DNA from: Solirubrobacterales bacterium
Lineage (GTDB): Bacteria > Actinomycetota > UBA4738 > HRBIN12
NCBI GenBank assembly: GCA_050259555.1
Contig: JBLNAW010000220.1
Span: 1-44,394 of the forward strand
DNA: 44,394 nt
Reading direction: 5' to 3'
Numbering within the stretch: position 1 is the stretch's first letter; each line of letters begins with the position of its first letter. Below are positions 7,741 through 18,695 of this stretch, one piece after another. A model generated the notes under the pieces. The model searched no databases and had not been told where the DNA came from. It saw only the letters and a list, made by a program, of their open reading frames with translations. The position numbers were made by a program, and so were the translations under genes.

Positions 7741-8895
7741 TCAGACCACGTGCTCCTCGCGGATGAGGTCGCCGCTCGCGAACCGCTCGAGGCCGAGCCC
7801 GGACACGTCGACGATCCGCGCCGAACCTTCGATCACCATCTCGGCGATCAGCACCCCGACCACCGGCGCGTGCTGGAAGCCGTGCCCGCTGAAACCGATG
7901 GCGAGGTAGAAGCCCTCCACCCCGGGTGCCGGCCCGATGATCGGATGACGATCCGGGGTCATCTCGTACAGACCCGCCCAGGTGCGCTCGAGCCCGGCGT
8001 CCTCGAGCGGCGGGAACACGCGGACGGCGGTCGGGAGCAACCGCTCGGCGATGAACCGAGCGTCCGGTGCCGTGTCGAACGAGGACCGCTCGTCGGCGCT
8101 CCCCATGCCCATGAGGACGCCACGGCCCTCGCGATGGAAGTAGAAGCTCGTCTCGGCGTCGATCACGAGCGTCCGGCGCTCGGGCACGCCCGGGAACGGA
8201 CCCGTGGTGGCGACGTTCCGAGGGATCGGCTCGAGCGGCAGCTCGATACCCGCCGTCGCCGCGAGCGCCCCCGCCCACGGTCCCGCCGCGTTCACGACCA
8301 CTGGCGCGTCCACGTCGCCTGCCGCGGTGCGCACGCCGCGCACGCGATCGCCGTCGATCCGGACGCCGAGGACCTCGGCGCGGGTACGGAGCTCCGCGCC
8401 GGCGCGACGGGCCAGGGTGGCGTATCCGTTCGTGAGCCCCGACGGGTCCGCGATGCCGTCGCGCGGCCCGTACGTCGCGCCGATCACGCGCTCGAGCGAG
8501 ATCCCCGGCACCAGCCGGACGGCGTCGGCGGGCTCGAGCAGGTCGACCTCCACGCCGAGCGCGCGCTGGCGCTCGGCCGCGTGGACGAACCCCGTCCACG
8601 CCTCCTCCTCCCGCACGAGGAAGAGGTACCCGTCCTGCCAGACGTCGAGCGGCAGACCGTGCTCCTCGGCGAACCGCAGGATCAACGGGACGCTCGCCTG
8701 CGACAGTCGGATGTTCACGTCGCTCGAGAACTGGAACCGGAAGCCGCCCGCGCATGCCCCGGTCGAGCCCGTACCGAGCGCATCCGCACGCTCGAGCAGG
8801 AGCACCCGGCCCGCGCCCGCCACCGCGAGGTGGTACGCGGCGCTCGCGCCGACCACCCCCCCGCCGACGACCACGACGTCGGCCCGCTCGGTCAC
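7741..8895 (-). CDS. FAD-dependent oxidoreductase, DAO family (sarcosine oxidase beta / D-amino-acid dehydrogenase-like)
   Basis: N-terminal dinucleotide fold VVVVGGGVVGASAAYHLA, 384 aa, DAO-family layout (...AIGFSGHGFQHAPVVG...). The GTG start overlaps the OCD stop (GTGA at 8892-8895). Confidence 0.85.
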   Translation of the reverse strand: MTERADVVVVGGGVVGASAAYHLAVAGAGRVLLLERADALGTGSTGACAGGFRFQFSSDVNIRLSQASVPLILRFAEEHGLPLDVWQDGYLFLVREEEAWTGFVHAAERQRALGVEVDLLEPADAVRLVPGISLERVIGATYGPRDGIADPSGLTNGYATLARRAGAELRTRAEVLGVRIDGDRVRGVRTAAGDVDAPVVVNAAGPWAGALAATAGIELPLEPIPRNVATTGPFPGVPERRTLVIDAETSFYFHREGRGVLMGMGSADERSSFDTAPDARFIAERLLPTAVRVFPPLEDAGLERTWAGLYEMTPDRHPIIGPAPGVEGFYLAIGFSGHGFQHAPVVGVLIAEMVIEGSARIVDVSGLGLERFASGDLIREEHVV

Positions 8896-9815
8896 GGCGC
8901 GATCCGCCCGATCGCCGCGGCGGCGACCACGAGGTCCTCGAACGCGACGCCGACCGAGACGAACACGGTCACGTCGTCCCGACCCCGCCGCACGGGTGCC
9001 CCGCCGACCAGCTCGGCGAGGTCGGCGACCACGTGCTCGGCGCCGACCACTCCGGCTCGGAGGGGGATGAGGACGTCGCCGGCCTCGGCCATCGCGACCT
9101 CTCGGGTCTCGACCACGACCCGTGCCCGCCGGATCGCCTCGTCGTCGAGCTCGCGCGTCTCCGGCGTGTAGGCGCCGACCGCGTTCACGTGCGCGCCGGG
9201 TCGCAGGAGCCGCCCCTCGAACACCGGCTCGGGGCTCGTCGTGCAGGTGCAGATGAGATCCGCGTCGCCGACCGCGTCCGGCCCGCCCACGCCGGCGTCG
9301 AGGCCATCGGCGCGGAGCTCCGCCGCCAGCGCCTCGGCGCGCGCGCTCGACCGCGACACGACCCGGACCCGCTCGACGGGGCGGACCGCCCGCATCGCCT
9401 CGACGTGCGCACGCGCCTGCACACCGGCGCCGAACACGACGAGCGTCCCGGCGTCCGGTGACGCCAGGTACCGCGTCGCGAGCCCCGAGACCGCCCCCGT
9501 CCGAAGCGCGGTGAGCGCCGCGCCGTCGAGCACCGCCCGGGGGGCCTGGGTCTGGCCGTCGAACAACACGTAGACCGCGTGGATGAACGGGAGGCCGCGG
9601 CCCTCGTTCCGCGGGGTGAGGGTCACGAGCTTCACGCCCACACCGGCATCGCCCGTCGCGGGCATCAGCAGGAGCGTCCCGGCTCCGGTCTCGACGTGCG
9701 AGCGGAGCGGCGCATCGGGGAGCGGGCCTCGGAACGCCGTCTCGAGCGCGTCGATCGCGTCGGCCATCGGCAGCGCGCGACCGAGTTGCTCGGCGTCGAT
9801 CACGGGAGGTCGCAT
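8892..9815 (-). CDS. ornithine cyclodeaminase / mu-crystallin family protein
   Basis: 307 aa with GAALTALRTGAVSGLATRYLA, the Rossmann segment LVVFGAGVQARAHVEA and NAVGAY, typical of the OCD/mu-crystallin family. Confidence 0.85.
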   Translation of the reverse strand: MRPPVIDAEQLGRALPMADAIDALETAFRGPLPDAPLRSHVETGAGTLLLMPATGDAGVGVKLVTLTPRNEGRGLPFIHAVYVLFDGQTQAPRAVLDGAALTALRTGAVSGLATRYLASPDAGTLVVFGAGVQARAHVEAMRAVRPVERVRVVSRSSARAEALAAELRADGLDAGVGGPDAVGDADLICTCTTSPEPVFEGRLLRPGAHVNAVGAYTPETRELDDEAIRRARVVVETREVAMAEAGDVLIPLRAGVVGAEHVVADLAELVGGAPVRRGRDDVTVFVSVGVAFEDLVVAAAAIGRIAP

Positions 9816-10579
<764 letters not shown>

Positions 10580-10583
<4 letters not shown>

Positions 10584-11362
10584 CCCACCGCCTTCGTCCC
10601 GAGGTAGGCCTCGATCACCTGCGGGTCGTTCGCGACCTCCTCGTACGTGCCCTCCGCGATCTTACGGCCGTAGTCGCACGCGATCACCCGGTCGGACACG
10701 CCCTTCACGACGCGCATATCGTGCTCGATCACGAGGACCGTCAGCTGCAGTTCGTCGCGCATGCGCACGATGTGGTCGCGCAGCTCGAGCGTTTCGCGCG
10801 GGTTCATCCCGGCCGTGGGCTCGTCGAGCATGATCAGCTTCGGGTCCGTCGCCAGCGCTCGGGCCATCTCGAGGCGGCGCCGGTTGGCGTACGACAGCGC
10901 GAAAGCGGGCTGCTCCTGCCGGTACCCGGCGAGGCGGGGACCGAAGAAGCCGAGGGCCTGCTTCGCGCGCTCGCGGATCCGCAGCTCCTCGCGGCGGGTG
11001 CTCGGCAGTTGGAGGACCGCCCCCAGGACCCCGGACCGGGTCCGGCAGTGCTGGCCGACCATCGCGTTCTCGAGCACCGTCATGTTCGGGAACAGGTGGA
11101 CGTTCTGGAACGTCCGGGCGATGCCGAGCTTCGTGATCTGGTTCGGGCGCAGGCCGACGATGCTCTGCCCCGCGAACCGGATGTCGCCCTCGTCCGGCGG
11201 GTACAGCCCGGTCACGATGTTGAACAGCGTGCTCTTGCCCGCGCCGTTGGGGCCGATCACGCTCACGATCTCGCCCTCGTCCACGTGGAGGTCGAGCCCG
11301 CCGAGCGCGTAGACGCCGCCGAAGTGCTTCACGACGGCCCGGACCTCGAGGAGGACGCTCAC
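10580..11362 (-). CDS. livG: ABC transporter ATP-binding protein LivG type
   Basis: GTG at 11362 overlaps the livM stop (GTGA). 260 aa with GPNGAGKSTLFN, LSYANRRRLEMARALA, IMLDEPTAGMNP and C-terminal IEAYLG. The rest of track ORF 10580..13183 is an out-of-frame run-on. Confidence 0.9.
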
Positions 11363-13183
11363 GATGCGTCTCCCGCGCTGGCGGGAGCCTCGGAGCCCTC
11401 GACCTTGTCCTTCTCGATGAAGATCTGTTGCCACGCGTCCTGCGTGCGCTCCTCCTCCTGGAGCTCCCTCGAGCGCCGAACGTTCGGCACCAGGCCCTGC
11501 GGCCGAAGGATCATGATCGCGACGAGTGAACCGCCGTAGATCAGGAGGCGATACTCCTCGAGCTGGGAGAGCAGGCCCGGGAGCCCGAGCAGCACCAGCG
11601 CGCCCAGGACGACCCCCGGCACGCTGCCGAGTCCCCCGAGGATCACGACGGCGAGCACCGTGATCGAGACGAGGATCTCGAAGCTCCCGGGCTGCACGGT
11701 CCCGACCTTCACCGAGAACAGGGCGCCGCCGGTCGCACCGATCGCCCCGCCGATCGCGAAGCCGAGGAGCTTGTACCGCGACGTGCTCACACCCATCGCA
11801 TCGGCCACCTGCTCGTCCTCGCGCATCGCGTTCCACGCCCGGCCGGTCCGCGACCACGCGAGGCGCCACGAGACGTAGACGGCCACGACACAGGCCACGA
11901 GGACGAGGTAGTAGAAGTGCTCGACCTCGCGGAACGAGTAGCCGAACAGCGGAGCTTTGGTCACGTCGCGCAGCCCCTGCGGCCCACCGGTGATCGGCTG
12001 GAGCCAGCTCGACGTGGCCAAGATCACGGCGATCTGCGCGAAGGCGAGCGTCACGATCGCGAGGTAGTCGCCGCGCAGCCGGAGCACCGGGGCCGCGAGG
12101 AGGGCACCCACGACCGCACCGATGCCGATGACGATCACCAGCGCGACGTAGAAGTTCAGGTGCGCGGAGTATCGGGGCGCGACCAGCCCGAACGCGGTCA
12201 CGAGGTTCGCCCCGGTGAGCAGCGCCGACGCGTACGCCCCGAGGAGGAAGAAGGCGCTGAACCCCAGGTGGAGCATGCCGGCGTAGCCGGTCACGATGTT
12301 CAGGCCGAGCGCGAGCAGCAAGAAGACGCCCACCGTGCCGAGGATCTCGGACACGACCGGCCCCGCGAGCTGCGGCAGCCACGCGAGGAAGGCGACCGCG
12401 GCGACGGCGGCGATCGCACGGGACAGGCCACGCGTGTCGGGCGTGCCTTCGGCCCGGACCCGCGTGTTTCGGCGCTCGCGCCGGTCGAGCCACAACGCAG
12501 CGACCGCCATCGCGACCACCAGGACGATCGCCGCACCGACCCACGTGAGCCCTCGCGTGACCTTGCTGTAGAGCCAGTCGCGCTCGATGTTCAGGTCGTC
12601 GAGCATGAACGGCACGATCCGCTGCAGCATCGCGAGGAGCACCACCGTGAGGACGGCGATCGAGACCGGGCGGCGGATCCCGAAGCGGAGCGCGCGCCAG
12701 GCCCCCCCGAGTCCCCCCAGCACGGTCCCTCCGACCACGAGGATCACGACACCGGCCGCGACGCTCTTCCCGAACGTGAGGATGTCCACGAGGGCCGGCG
12801 AGACGGCGACGAAGACGGATCGGACGCGGTCGATCCGGCGAGACGGCGACGAAGACGGATCGGACGCGGTCGATCCCGATCGCTTCGACCACGAGGAGCC
12901 AGGCCGCGAGGCATGCCCCAGAGATCGCGCCGGACAACAGGCCGATCGCGAGGCTGGGGACGGCTCCCGGGCGCTCGACACGGCCGCCCACGATCCGGGG
13001 CCGCACCGCGAGGAACGCGGCGGTGAACGACGGAACCACCAGCAGGAGCAGGCCGAGCGTCACCTGCGTGCCGATCAGGTGGAGCTCGTCGAACTTCGCG
13101 ATCATGCCCACCATCGCGAGGTAGATGAGGACGCCGCCCCCGAGGAGCCCCGCCTTCACCCCGGCCCGCACGGTCGGCGGCAT
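11359..13183 (-). pseudogene. livM: LivM-type permease with a long N-terminal membrane extension, frameshifted by a 40-bp tandem duplication
   Basis: The N-terminal 115 codons are in the frame of ORF 10580..13183 (MPPTVRAGVKAGLL...VEAIGIDRVRSVFVAVSP). The remainder is in the frame of ORF 11359..12981 (...IDRVRSVFVAVSPALVDILTFGKS...LivM core...). 1825 nt minus 40 nt is 1785 nt, or 595 codons, so removing one repeat copy restores one 594-aa ORF. Confidence 0.8.
12795..12876. repeat. perfect direct tandem duplication, period 40 nt, inside livM
   Basis: 12795-12836 (CCGGCGAGACGGCGACGAAGACGGATCGGACGCGGTCGATCC) is repeated exactly at 12835-12876. The peptide IDRVRSVFVAVSP is encoded twice, in two frames. 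Confidence 0.95.
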
Positions 13184-13184
13184 C

Positions 13185-14291
13185 TCAGACCTTCTCCGCC
13201 TCGCCCGTTCCGAGGATCCCGCCCGGCCGGAACAGCAGGACGAGGATCAAGATCACGAACGTGACGACGTCCTTCAGTTGGAAGGGCGAGGGCACGTTGA
13301 CGCCGGTGAGGAGCAGCGACGGGCCGACCGACTGGAGGATCCCGATCGTCAACCCGCCGACCGCCGCGCCCGAGATGCTGCCGATGCCGCCGAGTACGGC
13401 GGCGGTGAACGCCGTGATGCCGGGCGCGAAGCCCATGAAGTAGGAGATGTTGCCGAACGTGAGCCCGAAGAGCACGCCCGCGATCCCGGCCAGCATGCCG
13501 CCGATCACGAACGTGGTCACGATGACCCGGTCCACGTTGATGCCCATGAGGCTCGCGATCTCCTGATCCTCCGCGGCCGCCCGCATCGACCTGCCGGTCT
13601 TCGTGCGACCGACGAACTGCGTGAGCGCGACCATCGCCACGGCGGCCACGACGATCACGATCACCTGCACCTTCTGGATCGGGATGCCGAGGATGTCCCA
13701 GGTGCCCTCGAGCCCGGACGAGAGCGGATAGCCGCGCGTCTGGGCGCCGAACAGCCCTCGGAAGGTGTTCTGGAGGAAGAGCGAGGCGCCGATCGCCGTG
13801 ATCAGCGGCACCAGTCTCGGGGAGTTGCGCAGGGGTCGGTACGCGATCCGTTCCAGGAGCACGGCGACGCTCACCGATGAGGCCATCGCGATCAGCACGA
13901 GGAGCACGATCGCGAACACGGGGCTGCGATCGAGGAAGCCGCTGTCCTTCCAGGCGTCCGCGAAGAAGAACGAGCCGAACGCGCCGACCATGAACACCTC
14001 GCCGTGCGCGAAGTTGATCATCCGCAGGATCCCGTACACGAGCGTGTACCCGAGCGCGATCAGGGCGTAGACGGCGCCCTGCGCGACTCCGAGCACGATG
14101 AAGTCCCGCCACGAGGCGGCCGTGTAGCGCTCGCCCTCGGGGAGCGTCAGGGTCTTGTAGGCCCCGTACACGACGGCCAGGCCGACACCCGCCGAGAGCG
14201 CCACCAGCACGATGCGCCGGACGGGGAGCCGCTCGAGGAGGCCGAGCCTGCGTTCGACCTGCGGCGCTGTCGCGTCGGTCCCCTTCGACAT
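13185..14291 (-). CDS. livH: LivH-type ABC permease with a ~70-aa N-terminal extension
   Basis: LivH core motifs GAVYALIALGYTLVYGILRMINFAHGEVFMVGAF and GGIGSISGAAVGG. The stop is 1 nt before the livM ATG at 13183. Confidence 0.9.
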   Translation of the reverse strand: MSKGTDATAPQVERRLGLLERLPVRRIVLVALSAGVGLAVVYGAYKTLTLPEGERYTAASWRDFIVLGVAQGAVYALIALGYTLVYGILRMINFAHGEVFMVGAFGSFFFADAWKDSGFLDRSPVFAIVLLVLIAMASSVSVAVLLERIAYRPLRNSPRLVPLITAIGASLFLQNTFRGLFGAQTRGYPLSSGLEGTWDILGIPIQKVQVIVIVVAAVAMVALTQFVGRTKTGRSMRAAAEDQEIASLMGINVDRVIVTTFVIGGMLAGIAGVLFGLTFGNISYFMGFAPGITAFTAAVLGGIGSISGAAVGGLTIGILQSVGPSLLLTGVNVPSPFQLKDVVTFVILILVLLFRPGGILGTGEAEKV

Positions 14292-14325
14292 GGCGCGAAG
14301 CCTATTCCATCGCCCCGGACGAAAC

Positions 14326-14359
14326 GTGCGGGGCGGGCGATCGCTCGCCCACCCCGCAC
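14326..14359 (-). terminator. strong GC hairpin between livK and livH, possibly an intra-operon attenuator or mRNA stabiliser
   Basis: On the minus strand GTGCGGGGTGGGCGA-gcga-TCGCCCGCCCCGCAC forms a ~15-bp stem with one mismatch or bulge, followed by GTTTCG. It is placed right after the SBP gene, as is often seen in ABC operons. Confidence 0.4.
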
Positions 14360-14378
14360 CATCCGTGCCGCTGCCGGA

Positions 14379-15725
14379 CTAGCCGACGTCCGCCAGGCTC
14401 TTCGTCTCGCTGAAGATCGGCTTGGCCTTCGGGTCGAGGAACGTCACGGCCGGGACCTGGTAGATGCCGATCGTGACGTCCGTTGCGCAGTCACCCAGCG
14501 GGGTGCAGGTGATCGTGCCCGTGATCCCCTGGTACCCGTTGGTCGCGAGGACCGCGTCCTTCAGCGCCGTCCTCGGGATGGAGATCGAGCCGTCCCCGTT
14601 GTCGATGGCCACGGCGTCGATCGCCAGGGCCAGGACGTTCAGCGCGTCGAAGGCGTGCGCGTTGAACGCGGCCGTCGGGTCGGTCCCGTAGGCGGCCTTG
14701 TACGCGGGCAGGAACTCGTTCTGGTAGAAGTCGCTCCCCGTGTACGCGGTCGTGTCGGGGCCCGAGATGTAGGTCCCGTCCGCAGCCGCGCCGGCCGTGT
14801 CCGTGTAGCTCGGGTCCGAGCAGCCGTCCGAGCCGATCAGCGCCGTGTTCTCCAACCCGGGCGTGTCCGCCGCCTGCTTCGCGATGAGCGCGCACGCGGG
14901 GTTGAAGTCCGGGAAGTACAGGACGTCGGGCTTCTGCTGCGCGAGGCTCGTGAGCAACGGCTTGAAGTCGGTGTCGGTGCTCTGGATCGCCTCGAACCCG
15001 GTGATCTTCCCGCCTTCGGACTCGAACACGTCACGGAAGACGGCGGCGAGCGCGTCCGCGTACGGGCTCTCGTCGTTGATCGTGGCGGCGGTCGCTGCGC
15101 CGAGCTTCTGCGACGCGAAGTCGGCGACGATCGCGCCCTGGATCTTGTCGTTGTGCGCGGTCCGGGCGTAGAAGCCGGTCGTCACGCCCTCGGCCGTCAG
15201 GTTCGGGTTCGTGTTCGACGGCGAGATCAGCATGATGCCCTTGTCCGCGAAGATCTGGTCGGCGACGCCGAGCGCCGCGCTCGAGCAGCTGGTCCCGATG
15301 ACCGCGACCATCTGCGGGTCGGCGGCGAGCTTCGTAGCGCCGGCCTGCCCGCCCTCGGCCGAGCACCCGTCGTCCTCGTTCACGAGGTTGACGTCGTGTC
15401 CCGCGATCTGGCCGGGCTTCCCGTCGAACGACCCGTCGAGGTAGTCCACCGCCAGCTCGACGCCGTGCTGGCTGTCGGTCCCGAGGAACGCGACGTCGCC
15501 CGAGATCGCGAGCAAGGTCCCGATCGTGATGGGCTCGCCCGATCCGACCTCGACGCAACCGAACGGATCCGAGCTGCAGTCGGCCGTTCCCCCGGTCGTT
15601 CCCGTTCCGGTCGTCCCGGTGGTGCCGGTGTTGCCGCCACCGCCCTGGTCGTTCGCGCATGCGGCCGTGACGAGAGCGAGTGCGCCGAACAGCGCGACAA
15701 GCGCAAGCCCTCTGCGCTTCGTCAT
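14379..15725 (-). CDS. livK: LivK-type solute-binding lipoprotein of the Liv-like importer
   Basis: ATG at 15725 preceded by a G-rich SD. Signal and lipobox MTKRRGLALVALFGALALVTAAC, a Gly/Thr-rich linker, then a Peripla_BP_6-like body (e.g. ITIGTLLAISGDVAFLG, VAVIGTSCSSA). Confidence 0.85.
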   Translation of the reverse strand: MTKRRGLALVALFGALALVTAACANDQGGGGNTGTTGTTGTGTTGGTADCSSDPFGCVEVGSGEPITIGTLLAISGDVAFLGTDSQHGVELAVDYLDGSFDGKPGQIAGHDVNLVNEDDGCSAEGGQAGATKLAADPQMVAVIGTSCSSAALGVADQIFADKGIMLISPSNTNPNLTAEGVTTGFYARTAHNDKIQGAIVADFASQKLGAATAATINDESPYADALAAVFRDVFESEGGKITGFEAIQSTDTDFKPLLTSLAQQKPDVLYFPDFNPACALIAKQAADTPGLENTALIGSDGCSDPSYTDTAGAAADGTYISGPDTTAYTGSDFYQNEFLPAYKAAYGTDPTAAFNAHAFDALNVLALAIDAVAIDNGDGSISIPRTALKDAVLATNGYQGITGTITCTPLGDCATDVTIGIYQVPAVTFLDPKAKPIFSETKSLADVG

Positions 15726-15908
15726 GTACCCCCCCTTCTGGTGGACCTTCGTCCCCCATCGTGCGGGCGGGGTCTTCCTCAGGAGGGTGTCCCCCACCTC
15801 CCCGGCCCGATAGCGCGGTTAGATAGCACATCCGGTGGCAAGAGGCCAGCCAATGGACCCGCGCCCTGTCACGGGTTGCCCCGCGGCGAACCCTCCTGGG
15901 TGCTCGGT

Positions 15909-16682
15909 TCAGCCGGCCGGGATCGCGGCGCGGAACGCCCTCGCGAGCTCGAGCGCCCCGCCTCGATCGCGCTCGAGGAGGTGACGGACGAGGGCACTGC
16001 CGACGATCACGCCGTCGGCGAAGACGCAGGCCTCGGTCGCCTGCCCAGGGGTCGCGATGCCCACCCCGACGAGCAGGGGAACGTCCGTGAGCGGTCGAAG
16101 GGCGTTCACGACCTCTCCGGCCGTGTCGGCGAGCATGGTCCGCTCGCCCGTCACCCCGTAGGTCGCGACGCAGTACACGAACCCGGACCCCGCGGCCGCC
16201 ACGGCTCGGAAGCGCTCTGCCGTGGATCCTGGAGCCGCGAGGAACACCGGTGCCACGCCGGCCTCCGCGCATCGCGCCGACCACGTCCCGGCCTCGTCCA
16301 CGGGCAGGTCCGGCACGATGGCTCCGCGCACCCCCGCGGCGGCGGCCTCCCCGAGGAAGCGCTCCTCGCCGTGACGCAGCACCGGGTTGTAGTAGGTCAT
16401 CACGACGACGGGGATGTCGACGTGCGCCTCCCCGATCGTCTCGAGCACGTCGGCCGGTCGCGTGCCCGCCTCGAGCGCCCGTCGGGATGCCTCCTGGATC
16501 ACCCCGCCGTCCATCACCGGGTCCGAGAAGGGGATCCCGACCTCGATCGCGTCGGCACCGGCCGCCGCGAGGCCGCGCAGCAGCTCCGCATCCACGCCGG
16601 CCAGACCGCCCGTGACGTACGGCACGAACGCCCTCCCCCCGGCGTCGCGGCGCGTGCGGAGCGCCGCCTCGAGCTCAAGCAT
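15909..16682 (-). CDS. trpA: tryptophan synthase alpha chain
   Basis: MLELEAALR...FVPYVTGG...[17 protein letters not shown]...VVMTYYNPV...[12 protein letters not shown]...VGVGI. The ATG at 16682 overlaps the end of trpB by 8 nt. Confidence 0.9.
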   Translation of the reverse strand: MLELEAALRTRRDAGGRAFVPYVTGGLAGVDAELLRGLAAAGADAIEVGIPFSDPVMDGGVIQEASRRALEAGTRPADVLETIGEAHVDIPVVVMTYYNPVLRHGEERFLGEAAAAGVRGAIVPDLPVDEAGTWSARCAEAGVAPVFLAAPGSTAERFRAVAAAGSGFVYCVATYGVTGERTMLADTAGEVVNALRPLTDVPLLVGVGIATPGQATEACVFADGVIVGSALVRHLLERDRGGALELARAFRAAIPAG

Positions 16683-17865
16683 GTGCGAGCGCCTTCCGCA
16701 CGGTGTCGAGATCCTTGTCGCCCCGCCCCGACAGGCACACGAGCACGGTCGAGCCCTCGGGCAACGGACGCCGCAGCAGCCAGCCGATCGCATGGGCGGG
16801 CTCGAGCGCTGGCAGGATGCCCTCGAGGGTCGCGAGGGCCCGGAACCCTGCGAGCGCCTCGGCGTCGGTGGCCGCGTCGTAGCGCGCCAGGCCGGCGTCC
16901 ATCAGGAAGCTGTGCTGCGGCCCCACACCCGGGTAGTCCAGTCCCGCCGAGATCGAATGCGTGGCCGCGATCTGGCCCTCGGCGTCCTGCAGGAGGTAGG
17001 AGTAGGCGCCGTGGAGCACCCCCGGCTCGCCGAGGGTCAGCGAGCGGCAATGCTCACCGACCGCGTCCCCCCGGCCTCCCGCCTCGATGCCGTACAGCGT
17101 CACGCCGGGGAGCCCGATGAACGCCGTGAACATGCCGATCGCGTTGCTCCCTCCCCCGACGCACGCGACCACGGCGTCGGGGTCTCGGCCCTCCAGGTCG
17201 CGGAACTGCCCACGAGCCTCGTCGCCGATCACCCGCTGGAGGTCGCGGACGAGCGCAGGGAACGGGCTCGGGCCGGCGGCCGTGCCGAACACGTAGTGGG
17301 TGTCTCGCACCGTCGCGGCCCAGTCGCGCATCGCCTCGTTGATCGCCTCCTTCAGCGTCCGCTGTCCGGCCGTGACCGGGACCACCTCGGCCCCGAGCAG
17401 CCGCATCCGGTCGACGTTCGGAGCCTGGCGCTCCGTGTCCTCCTCGCCCATGTAGACCACGCACGGCAGGCCGAAGAGCGCGGCCGCGGTCGCCGTCGCG
17501 ACGCCGTGCTGTCCGGCTCCCGTCTCGGCGATGACCCGCGACTTGCCGAGCCGCTTCGCGATCAGCACCTGCCCGATCGTGTTGTTGATCTTGTGGGCAC
17601 CGGTGTGGTTCAGGTCCTCGCGCTTCAGCCAGATCCGGTAGCCCGTCTCGGCGGACAGTCGTGGGGCGGACGTGAGAACCGAGGGGCGGCCGATGTAGTC
17701 GCGGAGGAGGGCATCGAGCTCCCCCCGGAACGCCGGCTCGTCCCGCAGCTCGGACCACGCGGCCGAGAGCTCGTCGAGCGCCGGGATCAGCACCTCGGGG
17801 ACGTACCGGCCGCCGAAGGCGCCGAACCTCCCTCGGGCGTCGGGCGACGCGGCGGTGAGGTTCAC
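16675..17865 (-). CDS. trpB: tryptophan synthase beta chain
   Basis: GTG at 17865 overlaps the trpC stop (GTGA) and is preceded by GAGAGGAG. 396 aa with [36 protein letters not shown] and VGGGSNAIG. Confidence 0.95.
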   Translation of the reverse strand: MNLTAASPDARGRFGAFGGRYVPEVLIPALDELSAAWSELRDEPAFRGELDALLRDYIGRPSVLTSAPRLSAETGYRIWLKREDLNHTGAHKINNTIGQVLIAKRLGKSRVIAETGAGQHGVATATAAALFGLPCVVYMGEEDTERQAPNVDRMRLLGAEVVPVTAGQRTLKEAINEAMRDWAATVRDTHYVFGTAAGPSPFPALVRDLQRVIGDEARGQFRDLEGRDPDAVVACVGGGSNAIGMFTAFIGLPGVTLYGIEAGGRGDAVGEHCRSLTLGEPGVLHGAYSYLLQDAEGQIAATHSISAGLDYPGVGPQHSFLMDAGLARYDAATDAEALAGFRALATLEGILPALEPAHAIGWLLRRPLPEGSTVLVCLSGRGDKDLDTVRKALAHA

Positions 17866-18674
17866 GACGGGTCTCCTCTCAGCTCCCGCAGCTTCGCGCC
17901 GGGGTCCTCGGCACGCATCAGCGCCTCCCCGACGAGCACCGCCCGCGCGCCCGCCGCGAGCACGCGCTCGACCTGCTCGCGGCTCGAGATCCCGCTCTCG
18001 GCGACGGCGATCCGGTCGGCCGGCACGCGCTCGAGCAGCCCGACCGCGCGGTCGAGGTCGACCTCGAGCGACTCCAGGTCCCGGGCGTTCACGCCGAGGA
18101 CCTTCGCGTCCGTCGCGAGCGCGCCTTCCAGGTCCCGCTCGGTGTGCACCTCGACGAGGGCGCCGAGCCCGAGGTCCTCCGCCGCCGCGACCATCGAGGC
18201 CAGCTCGGCCACCGAGAGCGCCGCCGCGATCAGGAGCACGGCGTCGGCGCCCTCGACCCGAGCCTCCATGAGCTGCGACGGGTGCACGAGGAAGTCCTTG
18301 CGCAGCACCGGCACCGAGGTCGCGAGATGGACCGCCCGCAGGTCCGCGAGCGACCCGTCGAAGTGCCGCGGCTCCGTGAGCACGGAGATGGCGGCGGCCC
18401 CGGCGGCCTCGTACGTGCGGGCCTGCGCGCCGGGATCGGTCTCGGCGATCCGGCCGGCCGAGGGCGACGCGCGTTTCACCTCGGCGATCACGGCCGGCGG
18501 TCGCGCGGACCAGAGCGCGCCCGCGAATCCACGCGTCGGAGGCAGCCGCATCGCGAGCCTCATCAGCCGGGACTCGTCGAGGGGCTCGCGGGCGAGGCGT
18601 CGCCGCACGTCGTCGAGCGTCTCGGACAGGAATCCCATGGCGCCGGAGTCTACCGGCCGACCCTCCTCGCCCAT
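17862..18674 (-). CDS. trpC: indole-3-glycerol-phosphate synthase
   Basis: [37 protein letters not shown] and GVNARDL. ATG at 18674 with GGAG 6 nt upstream; an alternative ATG is at 18638. Confidence 0.9.
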   Translation of the reverse strand: MGEEGRPVDSGAMGFLSETLDDVRRRLAREPLDESRLMRLAMRLPPTRGFAGALWSARPPAVIAEVKRASPSAGRIAETDPGAQARTYEAAGAAAISVLTEPRHFDGSLADLRAVHLATSVPVLRKDFLVHPSQLMEARVEGADAVLLIAAALSVAELASMVAAAEDLGLGALVEVHTERDLEGALATDAKVLGVNARDLESLEVDLDRAVGLLERVPADRIAVAESGISSREQVERVLAAGARAVLVGEALMRAEDPGAKLRELRGDPS

Positions 18675-18695
18675 CGGCCGCTCCGTCGCAGGAGC

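Noticed and set aside
15590-15650. Short repetitive GGT/ACC-rich DNA, which looked like a microsatellite
   Set aside because: It encodes the Gly/Thr-rich tether (GGGGNTGTTGTTGTGTTGGT) after the LivK lipobox. This is low-complexity coding sequence, not a repeat element or CRISPR.
14004-17120. 1038-aa plus-strand ORF. Similar giants occur at 16414..19086, 21234..24296 and 26920..29049.
   Set aside because: These are stop-free antisense frames of livK/trpA/trpB/trpC, dnaE and ileS, as expected at ~70% GC. Their composition is Arg/Gly/Pro/Asp-dominated and no domain motifs are seen.
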